Assembly (NCBI GenBank): GCA_023334545.1
Contig: JAADVB010000108.1
Location: 1 to 58,165 of the forward strand
DNA length: 58,165 nucleotides
Direction: 5' to 3'
Source: Salisapilia sapeloensis CBS 127946
Lineage: Eukaryota > Protista > Oomycota
Part shown: positions 23,379-38,685 of the stretch, in pieces
How the letters are laid out: each line of letters begins with the position of its first letter
Numbering within the stretch: position 1 is the stretch's first letter
The notes under the pieces: generated by a model
The model's input: only the letters and a program-made list of their open reading frames with translations
Database searches by the model: none
What the model was told of the DNA's origin: nothing
Made by a program: the position numbers and the translations under genes

Positions 23379-23918
23379 TCATGGATGCTTCTGAGCCTAT
23401 CAACCATTGTAATCAGCTTGCAATACCATGTAGACTAGTACAAGAAACATACCTCATCCAAAGCTTCATACATAAAGCTAGAGAAGGATGGGTCTAGCAT
23501 CGCTTTCTCCAATTCCTTTACACGATCATTGCTATTATAGACCTACAAATATTTACGTTAGTACTTGAAAGCATCTGTCTTCGATAAATTTGCTAGCAAC
23601 CTTGCTCAACACGTTCTGAAAAGCCGGGCTCTGCAGTTTCTGCAGAACACTAGGACAAGCCCTAAGATGTTCCAATTGGTCTGTCGTCAATTTTGTAGTA
23701 TCCACATTCGATGGTATGGCTGATGGCGCTGGAACCGGCTTGGCTTCATTGGCCGTGGATGCAGCAGCAGTACTCGGTGCAGCTTTATCCGTCGTACGCG
23801 TACAAGACGTCTCCTTGTGTTTCTTGCAGCATAGTAGACTACAGTACGGTGCTCTACAGGTTGGACACTTGTACTTGGCATCGGCCACAGCACATATCTC
23901 GCATGCTTTACTCGCCAT
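23379..23918 (-). CDS. HIT-type zinc finger protein (ZNHIT3/Hit1-like), 3 exons
   Basis: CEIC...KYKCPTCRAPYCSLLCCKKHK, then a helical C-terminal domain: LQSPAFQNVLSK|VYNSNDRVKELEKAMLDPSFSSFMYEALDE|AQKHP*. Confidence 0.85.
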
Positions 23919-24062
23919 CGCACTCGTTCTCTTTTTCGTATATCAAATTGGTGTTTTAAATGTCGCTTGTACTGAAAGTGTTAAAGGCACATTCGTGCGA
24001 CCGACGATCGTTTTTCCACGAAATATCAAACGATTTAAACCCAACTCCATTTGAAATATAAC

Positions 24063-25650
24063 ATGCTCGAGCTCGAGTGCGTCGCGCAGCAGTATGCTTG
24101 GGGAAAAACTGGTGCTTCTAGTGCCGTCGCGCAATTAAAAGTTCGCTCGAGTGCAATTGAATGGTGCATCTATTAGTAGTCTAATGATGGGGCATTTTGT
24201 GCAGGATGCCGCCGATTCATCCTTTTCCATCGACGACGTGGCCCCCTACGCCGAATTGTGGTAAGCACTAGAGCACCCAGATGATGTCTGCAACTACGAA
24301 CTACTTCAAATGCAATAGGATGGGGACGCATCCGAGTGGTCCATCCAAGGTCAAACGAAATAATGAAGCGTCCGAGCTTTTGAGGGATTACATTCAAGTA
24401 CGGTCACTTTGCCGACTAGATCATCTACACTATACATTAACACGCTCATGCTCTACTAGTCTAACCCAGAGACTCTGGGTACGACCACGGGTGATATACC
24501 CTACCTTTTCAAAGTCCTCTCCGTCCAAAAAGCATTGTCCATCCAGGTACCTTGCACAGTATACTCGGTCCCCCCTTTTGTTTCTAACATTACACGCGGC
24601 AGGCGCATCCTGACAAGAAACTAGCCGAGCAACTTCATGCAAGTCATCCGGACATTTATAAAGATCCGAATCATAAGCCAGAGATGACGATTGCCCTTAC
24701 ACCCTTCGAAGCACTGTACGCAATTGCCGATGCACTCATTGCACATAACGCTTACGTTGCTTTAGTTGTCAATTTCGGGATGTCAGTGTCATTGCAGAGT
24801 ATCTCGACCATGTCCCTGAATTAAGTGCTCTCGTCGGCGAACAAGGTACCTCTTCTATACAGAAACCTATTGAACTATCCAATATTAATCTTATGGCGAC
24901 ATCAAGTTGCTTCGGAGCTCAAGATGAATCCAGATAGAGCGACGCTAGTGAAATTCTTCCATGCTTTTATTGATTCTTCTTCGGACAATATTAAAGCGCA
25001 AATGAGTGCTCTCCTCTCTCGTCTTCGATCTCGATCGGAACTGTCGAATGTAGAGCAGTGGGTACTTCGTCTGAACGAACAGTTTCCAAACGACATCGGT
25101 TGCTTTTGCCCATACCTGCTGAACATCGTCACGCTTCAACCAGGCGAAGCAATGTTTCTGTCTGCGAATGAACCACATGCATATCTCACTGGTGATTGCA
25201 TCGAGTGCATGGCTTGCTCCGACAATGTCGTCCGAGCTGGTCTCACACCCAAGTTCATCGACAAGCGCACACTTTGCGACATGCTCACCTACAAGTAACT
25301 TAAACCTTGCTCTACAATCCATCGAACTCGTTTAAATCATTTGCAACAGCATGGGCGCGCCATCGGTCATGAAAGGAAACAAGTTGGACGACTCTCTACG
25401 CTTGTACTCTGCACCTGTCCCAGAATTTCAACTAGAAGCATTGGACGTTGCCGCTGGCGCAAATTACTCTCTACCTCAACGTCAAGGCCCATCCATCCTC
25501 TTGATCATCCAAGGCAAAGCGACAGCAAAAGCAAGCGCTGGTTCATTGGTAAAAGGAAAAGTATTCTTTGTCCCAGCAGGAGAAATTGTCGACCTCCAGT
25601 GTGAAAGTCACTTGGTAGCTTATCGTGCTTGTCCGAATGAAACTGAATAA
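24063..25650 (+). CDS. MPI: Mannose-6-phosphate isomerase (type I PMI), multi-exon
   Basis: QQYAWGK, YAELW|[55 protein letters not shown]. Confidence 0.95.
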
Positions 25651-25703
25651 TGCAGGAAACAATCTTTTTATCAAAATGCAACGACAACTTGTCCAAGATG
25701 TAC

Positions 25704-27275
25704 TCATATCTCACTTCCATTATATTCCCATGCTTCAAAGCTAAAGCGAGTTTGCTTCTTTGGCGTCGGTGAACATGATGGCGCTGGCTGGCATGCGATC
25801 GCACTTGGCGTTCGCACTAGCGTCGGCCTCGTGGATTTCGGTGTATCCCACGCATGTTTAAACGGAAACTCTGTATCTTCGTATTCGTATACTTCCGTAC
25901 TGTTGTCGTCAATATCTTCACTGTCATCCGTATCATCGTCCACTATCTCGTCTCCACTGTAAATGTTCTCGAAGTCTTCATACGAGACTGAGCTGTCGTC
26001 ATCACTCCCGTCTTCACTACAGCTTTCTGCCTCCAACTGCAACTCCCGGAGGATGGAGCTTTCCGTAAGTGACGTATTGCTATTAAAGCTCGATGGACAT
26101 CTTGGATTCGATAGGCTTCCCATCAATGTGGACCATTTATCAAACGATCCAGCTGACATGAGCACAGGCACATCCATCGATTCGCTTACTTGGTTCGATT
26201 GCTGTCGAAGTTTCCGTTTACTCGCTCGAGGAGACGTCGTGAGGCTACCTTTCAAAGGCAATCGGAAACTATTGCCCCATTCTTCATTGTATTCTTGTTG
26301 AAAGTTCATATTGAAAAGCGAGTCGTCTTCCTTGAGGGACGCAAGGCTATTACTACTGCCGTGATTCGAAAAAGAAGGTTGACGACGTAGTTGTTGTCGT
26401 TGTTCGATGTGACCGCGGATATATGGGTGCATCAAGATCTTGTCCGCTGAAGGTCGTTTGGACGGATCTTTATCAAGTAATGCGCAGATCAAGCTGTTCA
26501 TCTCATTGTCAAATGATGGCGGCAACGGAGGAAACTATAGACGTTTTAACAGTAGCAAAACGATATGAGCATTACAGTTCGTAAAGACCAAATAGCTATA
26601 CGCAATTACCTCTTGTTCGACGATCTTTGGGATCAAGGCAATAATGTTGGGAGCATCAAAGGCATGCTCTAAAGCACACAATTCGTACAAGATACAGCCA
26701 AGAGACCATATATCACTTGAAAAGGAGTAGGGAGCACTATTACAAACTTCAGGACTCATAAAGTATGGCGTCCCGACCACTGTCTTTGCTTGCGATAAGG
26801 TCGAGTCGAGCGTTCGTGCGATACCAAAGTCGCCTAATTTGACGACATTGGCGGTCGTAAGAAAAATGTTACTCGTCTTGAGATCTCGATGGAGGATCTT
26901 GCGTGAATGCAAGTGACGGATCGCCGAGACCATCTGGATGAACCAGTCCAAGATCTGGGGGACTGGCAGTAGCCGCTTGGACGGCTCTTTGTGCGACTTG
27001 ATGAGAGCTGATAGATCACCACCTTCGCAGTAGGCCATGACCAGATGTAGGACATTTGTATGCACAAAGCTTTCTTTGTACTCGACGACGTTTGGGTGGT
27101 GTAGCGTCGAAAGTAGCTCTGCTTCATAGTGCGATTGTTTCTTCTCTTTCTCCGATAGCAGCTCGAGTGGAATCTTCTTGACAACAAACCATTGTTTCGT
27201 GATTAAGCTCTGCACAAGATGTGCCGAGCCATAGCTGCCTCGACCAATGCAACGAATCTCGTCGTACTTGTCCAT
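25704..27275 (-). CDS. NIMA-related (NEK-family) Ser/Thr kinase with low-complexity acidic tail, 2 exons
   Basis: IGRGSYG, VVKK, HRDLKTSNIFL, KLGDFG, VGTPYFMSPE, SDIWSLG. The intron near 26530-26600 joins to the 25704 ORF. ATG at 27275. Confidence 0.92.
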
Positions 27276-28576
27276 CGTAAGTTGCGATCTGGCATTCCTC
27301 TGCCTGGCCCTCCTTTTTTCTTCGGATTCGGCGGTTACAATGCATGCGAACAAAGAAGGATCTTGATAAGATCGCTAGAAATGCTTGTATCAAGCCTAAC
27401 GCACACAAGATTAGCCTATACACTAGCAGCATGTTTTCATGAACCGTTGGACCTGGAATCTTGTTCTAGAGCTCCGAATGTCCACTCGATCTGACCTCAC
27501 TTCAAGCTAACTTCAATCACCGAACCGTTTTCATTCGATGGCGTGCCTTTGCTACCTCGTTCGTCTGTCGTCCAGAGTGCTTGCTCGTTCTATCTTAGAT
27601 GATCCAAGTCTTTCTTGATCACCCATAACTTGTCTTCCTGCAATAGTCTACTTTGTAGCTAAACATTATATAAGCGTGTATCGATGTACTTTGGGATATG
27701 TCTGTCAAGACGGTACTAGGCTAGTGAATCATGTTTCTGCTATCACAGCTCGCACCAACCGTATCCTTGTAACTTAATCGATGTTAGGATCTTTTAACTT
27801 ACGATCACCAGCATGCAGTTATCTGCTCTATTATTACCAGCGGTATGCATCAACACTACTGGTAATAGCGTAGTACTGAAGCCATGTACCTTAGATACAA
27901 GACAGAAGGTATATCTAGCATTGCTCTTCTACTATAAACAAAATTTGATAGTAATGCAATAGCTGTCTTCGCGTTTCAATGCTTACTAGTTTGGATTTTA
28001 CACAGCGAGAGGCAGGCATCGCATCGTGCTCCCATCACCACTCAATGGATAATCTATTTAGCTATCAATAGGATAGATTATCTACAAGTTTCTTTATAAT
28101 AAGTATCTCCAACCCAGCGACTAGTACTTTGCTGACAGCACCATCCTCCAGATCCTATACTACTCGTATAATGCCATATTGTCTCGTCCGATAACAAGCC
28201 TGTGTGCCAGTACAAATGAAAGCACTCTTTGCTTTATTGACTGTTATTCATCCGCTAGATCGTACCAATAAACTGTCAATTTCTTATCTTCAATATCCAT
28301 CGATATAAAGTAGATAAAACCTCCCTCAACTCCGTATTGAACATGAAAATATACGCTCCTACCTACTAGACCTAGCCAACCATGCACTAACCCATGGATA
28401 CACAGAAGACATCCAATGCTATTCTACTGCCTCACTCAGTCGTCCCTGAAAGCCTACATCTACATTCAATACTTTTCGCTCTCTTTTTATAATAAAACAA
28501 AAGAAAACCTACAAATCGATGCAAAGCAACTCATTTTATTCTTTTTTCAAGTAAAATGAACCAGTCTGCAGACTTG

Positions 28577-28960
28577 TCAATGCCCTGGATTCGGTGCAGG
28601 TGCTTCTCCACGACGAGCGGCAGCATCCTGTTCATCCTTCTTTAGCGCGATAACGTTCAAACGCGAGAGCTATCATGATGACAAGTTAGATAAAAGCGCC
28701 GCATACAATAATCAATACCACGACATACTTCTTTCTTGTGGTGCAGACACTCGAGGTAGTCCTCCACTTCCTTGCCGCACTGGCCAGAGTACTCCGTGTT
28801 GTTCTAGTATCAAAGCGTGAGTATGGACCACCGAAAAATGTGGTTCATTGGCAGCACAACGCCAATTCTACAACAGCACACGTACGCTGCAATCCTCAAT
28901 GTCCTTCCAGAACTGATAGCATCGGCCTTCACGGCCCTTGAATCCAAATCCCGACGACAT
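28577..28960 (-). CDS. NDUFS5: NADH:ubiquinone oxidoreductase subunit NDUFS5 (twin Cx9C), 3 exons; not in the ORF track
   Basis: MSSGFGFKGREGRCYQFWKDIEDCS|NNTEYSGQCGKEVEDYLECLHHKKE|LSRLNVIALKK...PNPGH*. Twin Cx9C and the EDYLECLHH signature. Confidence 0.88.
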
Positions 28961-29115
28961 CCCTACCGGCCGCTGGTTCACGTATTTGAGGTCTGTAGTC
29001 CTCCACACTTGCTCACATACTCTATTCAAGTACTTTTATTTGCTATTTACACATCTACTACCTCTTAATAAAAGCCTTTCATGTTTTACATTATCTCTAC
29101 TGTATTACACTATAT

Positions 29116-32100
29116 ATGCAAATGGGATGTGTGAAATGTAAAAAGCCACAAGAGTCGCACAAACGTCGCGAAACGACGGGTGGCATGGCGATGGAGACCA
29201 AATGCGCTCGTCCTGAGTGTGTTTCAAGACGAGAGGAGCTCTCGCTTGTTAAGCGTGATCTTCAGGACCTAACGGATGAAAATGAGGTACTTCATGATCA
29301 ATTGGCTGATTTATCGCGTGAATATGAAGCTCAAAAGATGGATCTCGAGCAATTTACTATCGAAAATAAAGATTTAAAGAGTCATGTGGAGCAATACGCT
29401 TCTGAAATCGAGCATTTAAAGCAATTATCAAGTAATATACAGGATGAAAGTACAATACAGACACCTACTAGAGCAGAACAGGAAATACAGAGCTTAAAAT
29501 CTAAGAATGAGGAATTACAGGCACAATTAGCCACCTCTCATACTCCACAGGAGCCTACTAGAACACCTGAGAAGAGTCCATTAAGAAAGAGATCTACTGA
29601 AAAGCAAGGCAGAGAGCATTTAGACCACGAAGCCAAGTTAAATGAGCTTTATACGCTCTTAAAAGATAATGAACGACTTCGCTCTGACTTAACGCAGCTT
29701 CAGGACCAATTTGCGTTTATCAAACAAGACTCGGAGGAAAAAGACAGTGTCATCCTATCTCTCCGATCCTATCAGGAAGATTATGCTATTGCAATGGAAG
29801 AACAGACGCTTGAAATTCATCAATTACGGGTGAAAATCGAGCAATGTGAGCACCAGAAAGAACAGATCGAGAGCCAAATGCGTGACATGAGTGAACAGGA
29901 ACGCGATGTCGATCGAGTCGTTCAATCTACTCGTCAGAATTATGAAAAAGAAAAACATTATCTTGAATCGACCATCCAGTCATTACAAGAACAACTTGAT
30001 CAATCCACACGAGCTCTTCCTTCCAATCAATTCAAAACATATCAACGTCAATTAGAGACTTGGCAGCATAAACATGCTTCCCAACAAACCTATATCCTTC
30101 AGTTAGAAACAAAAGTTCAACAACAAGAATTAGATTTAGAAACTTTAATCGAATATATGGAACAAGATACATCGACAGATATGCATCTTGAAACAAGTGA
30201 AAAGCAGCATCTACAAGATATAAAGTCTCAATATCGACAAGAACGAATGTCTTATCAGACACAAATCAAAGAATTCCAATCGACAATTCATGATCTTGAA
30301 AATCAAAAAACACAAATTGAAATGAAATTAACCAAAGCACAGGACTGGAATGTACGATATGAAAAAGGAAATGGACTTGAAGCTTTGGCTGCTGCTCATG
30401 CGAAAGTCGAGAAAGAGCTTGTTGAACAGCAAGGAGCGAATGCACAGCTACGAGAGGAGCTTAATGGCTTTATTGACGCTGTTCAGAAGCTGCAGACGAG
30501 CTTTAGTCGACTAAAGACAGAGGTTGGGAAATCAGAGGACTTTAGCTATAGTGACTTGGAGCTAGAACAGCACGTAAAGGATGTACTTGAGGTCAAGGAT
30601 ACCGTTCTGAATCAACTTGAGGAAGAGCTACAACAGATAGAAAGGGAGAAGGAGAGGTTGGAAGGAGAGTTGAGGCACAAGACTCGTCTTGCTTCAGATA
30701 ATCTACAGCAAGTATATGGTCTTGATACGTCCTTGTGGAGCCAAGTCGAGACGTTTATAAAGCAGTTAAGTAAGGGTGATGAGAAGACGACACGAGATGT
30801 TGGTATCATGGTAAGCAGCAGTAAGCAAGTGAAGAGTATCGGTACAGAAACAGCGTTTGAAGACATGAACGACGTAGCTGATGAATCGGATGACACAAAT
30901 GAGGACGATATGGGGGACAACTCCGTTCCAATCACTTGTAATACGACCGTTATCACGCCACAGAAAGAGACCGTGGACGTTTGTTTAAACACAGATGATA
31001 TGACCAAAGTATCTCCAAGCCCGAAATTCGATCTAAAGTCCATCACATCGGCGGTACAAAAGGCAGTGGAGGACAAGTTGTCCACGTGGACGTTAATGCC
31101 CACCCACGACGCTACGTCCACCGCACTTGTCTCCACATCAACCTGTCAAACACATACACCTCTATCAGCAAAGTTTCGTCTTGCATTAGAAGAACTTGAA
31201 GAATTATCAGCAATCGATCATGTCCTTCAATCCCAACAGACACAAATAGCAACTACACATTCTCAATCAACTACTACCTCGTCTACTACCTCTCACGATA
31301 AAAAGAATCTTGAGCATCAACTAGATGACTTACAGACATACTGTCGTCGTCTCGAATCCAGTCTACATGTGATACAAAGTAGTTCCTACGATCGAATGAA
31401 AAAAGAGATTTTCCATCTAACCAAGTCACTCGCAGAGTTTGAAGTTGACAGTGCGAAACAGAAACGATGGATACAACAACTACAAGTAGACGTTCGTACT
31501 CGTACGGACGAAAGACTAAAGTTAGAGACATATTTTCAAAACATGATTCAGACACTAGAGCATCGTATTTTGTATTTAGACGGATATAAACAAACATCTG
31601 AAGCTCTTCTCAAACGAATGGAAGCAGAATTACGACAAAGCGTTTCCATGAAAGAATTAGAGAAAGCGGAACGTCAGGTCATTTCGTTAAAGTCCCATAC
31701 GGCAGATGTGACCAAGCAGTTAGCACAGGCAAAGATCAAGTACCTTGATCTCCGCCATCTTCCTGCCAAACTCGACAAGCTTCAATATGAGCATGATCTC
31801 TTACTAGTAAAGGCATCCAGTACCTCTTCCTCCTATGCTCCTGATCCGAATGAAGAGCTACGACGACAGAACCAGGCACTAGTGCAGCAGCTCCAGCGAC
31901 AGGAAGATGAGTTCTTCAAGGAAGAGATGCCATCTATAGAGCCATCGACAAGCCGCTTGGAAGAAGAGAACCAGACGCTCTTCACTCGCGTCGTCGAGGT
32001 AGAGCAAATGTACGAGAGTTTAGCACGAGAGAATGTCAAGTACAAGGAACTAGCGTCTATAGCAGCCAAGCAAGCTTCATCTCTTTCTAAAAAACAGCAG

Positions 32101-35031
32101 CAATGGCATCAACTAGAATCGACCATGGAAACAGATAGAAGGGAGCTCATGGCATCTTCTGAAGACCAGGCACTAGTAGGTAAGCTCCAGACGCAGCTTC
32201 GAACAGTCACGAGTGAATTCCAACGGTACATTCGGCAGTACGACACTCTCGCTTCGATGAATAACCAGCATCTGATGAAGATACAGTACTTGGAGATGCA
32301 AATGGAGGCAGAGCGGAAGGAGATGGAGGAAGAAAAGAGCAAGTCCAAGCATACGATTGAGGTCTTGCGAAATCAAGCGTATGAGGCACAAGTGTCGGAT
32401 GTGGATCGACGGGAAGAAACGTGGGCAAAGTTTAATATTCGTCTCACAGCGTTTGAAAAGCTTTCGGAGGAAATGAAAAGCACGATCGATCGTCTCGAAC
32501 GACAGCTTGAAAATACGAAAAAGCCATGTAATCATGATGATGAAGAGATTCAATCACTTCATGAGCATCTAAAACAAGCACAAGAGAAAGAGAAAGAGTT
32601 ACTAGAACATATAAATACTCAAACGCAGCAACTACAAGACATAGCTACTTTAGAAAAGCAACTAGCAGACATGCAAACATTGCATACAAATGTCCACAAA
32701 AATTTATCTCAAGTCACAGATGAGAAAAAGGAGTTGGAAACACAAGTGTCGGATCTAGTTGATAAAAATACCAAGCTGCATAATCAAGTAGATACGCTTA
32801 TTAGAATGATACACCCAGGAGCAAACTCAGATGAAGGAACGTGGTTATATTATCTCAATCTGTACGAACATGATCATCAAGAGCTCCAGCAAGCTGCTCA
32901 AGTGACAATCGCGAATCTCAAGCAAATGATCGATGGGAAGAACAAGACGATTGAGTCTCTACAAGAACAGGTCGAAAAGATACGTCAAGAAGCTCGATCG
33001 GACCAAATGCACAGTCATGCAGAGCTAGAGAAGACGAATAAAAAGCTTTTTGACGATAACCAGAAGATGATTCAAGAACTACAAGAAGCGTCTCGATCGA
33101 TACAGCACTTGAAAGCCGGAGATGGTAGTATGAAAGCTCTGCAGCAGCTTCAGGAAAAGCTGGATCATTCGAATGAAGAGTGGAAGATCACTCAAGTCAA
33201 GTGGAATGAAACGAAGGAGATACTAGCAAGTGTTCGTAGACAATATAAAGCTTTAGAAAATGAGAAAGATGTTGCGGAAGCTAGAGCTGGAGAAGCATTG
33301 GAAGAGATTGTCTTGATGAAAGAAGAGTATCATATCCAAGTCCGAAAGATAGAGCAATTCGAAAAGCAAGCAGCTATACGTAAGAAGCAGATCAAGGATA
33401 AAGATAGTAAGATTCAATTACTTCGTGAAGCTTTAATCAAACTGAAAGAAGAGTTCCTCAAGGCAGAAGATCGACATGCGATCGAGTTAAGTCATGCACA
33501 GCATCAAGTGCCTCCAAAGCCTGTTCTAGAAGACAATCAGGATGAATACAAGGAAGAGAAGGAGAAACTACAAGCGCAAGTGCAAATGCTTCGAGAGAAA
33601 CTTCGTCTAATGAAAAAGCAGCTCCAGCAACTACGTAACAAATCGGAGGAAAAGAACGATTCGAATGTTGTCTCGGATCTAGAGAACGAAATCAAACGAC
33701 TAAAGAGATTGCTTGGGGATCGAAAGACCGAGGAATGTCGACGGATCGAAGAGTTAGAGAAACAAGTCAAGCTCTATCATGCTCAGAACGCTGCACTTCG
33801 AGAGGCTGCAAAGGCAAAAGGAAAGACAAAGGAGACTAAGGACGGGAAGACGAGGGAGCAGTGGGAAGTCGAGAAACGACTACAGCGGAAGATTGAAACC
33901 TTGGGTCTATCACTCCAACGAAAGCAGACGGAAATCAAGGCACAGCAGGAAGAGATTGCTATTTTCAAGACTAAACTGACGCAATTGGAAGAGAAGGACA
34001 AGATAGTTGATAGCAAGTCTCCAGCAAAGATGAATACACCAGCCAACTGCTGTGAGAAGGATTTCATTCGACAGATCAAGATGCTACATGAGACGTTGCT
34101 ACTTAAACGAAAGGAATGGGAGAAAGCTTTTAAAGATCAAATGAATCGATACGAGACACAGTTAGATCGTCTACGTACTCGTCTCATTCAATGTGCAAAG
34201 CCACATCAGGACGACTCATTAGTTCAGGAAGAACACCAGTTCATCGTAATAAAGGAACTAGAGGACGAAGTAGTGGTCCTGGGGGAAGAGCTACAACGTC
34301 GAGAAGAGGAAGCAGTCGCAATCGAAACCAAGGTCATGGAGCTCCAACTAGAAAACGAAAGTAGTCAATTACAAGTCCATCGTCTTCGTCATAAGCTCGA
34401 GGCAACTTCGACTCCAACAGCATCATCCATCCAGAAACAACAAAAGACGAAAGAAAAGGAAGAGATGGAACGAGTCATTAGCGACATGAAAACTATCATC
34501 GATAAACTCCGAAGTGAAAACACTCGTTTAAAGACACATACCGTATCTCCAGGTAAAGTCATGGCAGTCAAGAAACGTCTGAAGCAAGTTCGAGAGGAAA
34601 AAGAGCATCTCGAAACAACATTCAAACAATTAGAAAAGAAACTCGAGACATACAGACAAGAAAACACGAAACTCGAGCGTTTCATCCATCAGTCTAAACA
34701 GTCTGGAGCGACGACAACTGCCAAGAGTAAGCAGATGAAGGACAAACTAGACGACTACGTTCATCAGTTAGAAGACAAAGAAGAACAAATCTCACAATTG
34801 CATCAAGTCATCGCGGAACTCGAACATCGACTACAAGACGATGAAAACGAAGATACGGAAGGATACATTCGACAGCTCGAAGACGAGAACAAGCAGCTTT
34901 CTCATGAACTAGCTGCCTTTGATGAAGAGTTCTTTGAAGAGATCGAAGACCTCAAGTACAAGTATGCTCAGACGATCGAGCTCAACCATCGCCTACAAGC
35001 ACAAGTACAAGATACAAATCGAAACGAATGA
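29116..35031 (+). CDS. CEP290: Centrosomal/transition-zone protein CEP290 homolog, single 1971-aa ORF
   Basis: Long coiled coil with CEP290-like segments RYEKGNGLEAL, EQWEVEKRLQRKIETL and the C-terminal LAAFDEEFFEEIEDLKYKY. Confidence 0.85.
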   Translation: MQMGCVKCKKPQESHKRRETTGGMAMETKCARPECVSRREELSLVKRDLQDLTDENEVLHDQLADLSREYEAQKMDLEQFTIENKDLKSHVEQYASEIEHLKQLSSNIQDESTIQTPTRAEQEIQSLKSKNEELQAQLATSHTPQEPTRTPEKSPLRKRSTEKQGREHLDHEAKLNELYTLLKDNERLRSDLTQLQDQFAFIKQDSEEKDSVILSLRSYQEDYAIAMEEQTLEIHQLRVKIEQCEHQKEQIESQMRDMSEQERDVDRVVQSTRQNYEKEKHYLESTIQSLQEQLDQSTRALPSNQFKTYQRQLETWQHKHASQQTYILQLETKVQQQELDLETLIEYMEQDTSTDMHLETSEKQHLQDIKSQYRQERMSYQTQIKEFQSTIHDLENQKTQIEMKLTKAQDWNVRYEKGNGLEALAAAHAKVEKELVEQQGANAQLREELNGFIDAVQKLQTSFSRLKTEVGKSEDFSYSDLELEQHVKDVLEVKDTVLNQLEEELQQIEREKERLEGELRHKTRLASDNLQQVYGLDTSLWSQVETFIKQLSKGDEKTTRDVGIMVSSSKQVKSIGTETAFEDMNDVADESDDTNEDDMGDNSVPITCNTTVITPQKETVDVCLNTDDMTKVSPSPKFDLKSITSAVQKAVEDKLSTWTLMPTHDATSTALVSTSTCQTHTPLSAKFRLALEELEELSAIDHVLQSQQTQIATTHSQSTTTSSTTSHDKKNLEHQLDDLQTYCRRLESSLHVIQSSSYDRMKKEIFHLTKSLAEFEVDSAKQKRWIQQLQVDVRTRTDERLKLETYFQNMIQTLEHRILYLDGYKQTSEALLKRMEAELRQSVSMKELEKAERQVISLKSHTADVTKQLAQAKIKYLDLRHLPAKLDKLQYEHDLLLVKASSTSSSYAPDPNEELRRQNQALVQQLQRQEDEFFKEEMPSIEPSTSRLEEENQTLFTRVVEVEQMYESLARENVKYKELASIAAKQASSLSKKQQQWHQLESTMETDRRELMASSEDQALVGKLQTQLRTVTSEFQRYIRQYDTLASMNNQHLMKIQYLEMQMEAERKEMEEEKSKSKHTIEVLRNQAYEAQVSDVDRREETWAKFNIRLTAFEKLSEEMKSTIDRLERQLENTKKPCNHDDEEIQSLHEHLKQAQEKEKELLEHINTQTQQLQDIATLEKQLADMQTLHTNVHKNLSQVTDEKKELETQVSDLVDKNTKLHNQVDTLIRMIHPGANSDEGTWLYYLNLYEHDHQELQQAAQVTIANLKQMIDGKNKTIESLQEQVEKIRQEARSDQMHSHAELEKTNKKLFDDNQKMIQELQEASRSIQHLKAGDGSMKALQQLQEKLDHSNEEWKITQVKWNETKEILASVRRQYKALENEKDVAEARAGEALEEIVLMKEEYHIQVRKIEQFEKQAAIRKKQIKDKDSKIQLLREALIKLKEEFLKAEDRHAIELSHAQHQVPPKPVLEDNQDEYKEEKEKLQAQVQMLREKLRLMKKQLQQLRNKSEEKNDSNVVSDLENEIKRLKRLLGDRKTEECRRIEELEKQVKLYHAQNAALREAAKAKGKTKETKDGKTREQWEVEKRLQRKIETLGLSLQRKQTEIKAQQEEIAIFKTKLTQLEEKDKIVDSKSPAKMNTPANCCEKDFIRQIKMLHETLLLKRKEWEKAFKDQMNRYETQLDRLRTRLIQCAKPHQDDSLVQEEHQFIVIKELEDEVVVLGEELQRREEEAVAIETKVMELQLENESSQLQVHRLRHKLEATSTPTASSIQKQQKTKEKEEMERVISDMKTIIDKLRSENTRLKTHTVSPGKVMAVKKRLKQVREEKEHLETTFKQLEKKLETYRQENTKLERFIHQSKQSGATTTAKSKQMKDKLDDYVHQLEDKEEQISQLHQVIAELEHRLQDDENEDTEGYIRQLEDENKQLSHELAAFDEEFFEEIEDLKYKYAQTIELNHRLQAQVQDTNRNE

Positions 35032-35069
35032 AAGCATGTATATTCCCTTCCATCCTTGCTCTCCATGTC

Positions 35070-36458
<1,389 letters not shown>

Positions 36459-36570
36459 TCATACAAAACTCAAGTCAGTTGAGAGACTAGGGCAAAAGTT
36501 ACTTACTAGTAAAAATCTTAAAAGTTGTGCACTACTTGTTCATGATCTGAGTCTAAGTCTGAGTCTAGCC

Positions 36571-38523
<1,953 letters not shown>

Positions 38524-38685
38524 TCAAATAAAATAGACATTCATTGCTTAAATAATTACTTAAGCATAGAAATACTGTACATAAGTATATATAGGTATTT
38601 TTTTGTCTTTTAGAGAAATAAATAGGCTATAATTGTCGAGAAGGTCGGATTTTGACACGAAAGCATAGAACGAGGATTTGGAAGG

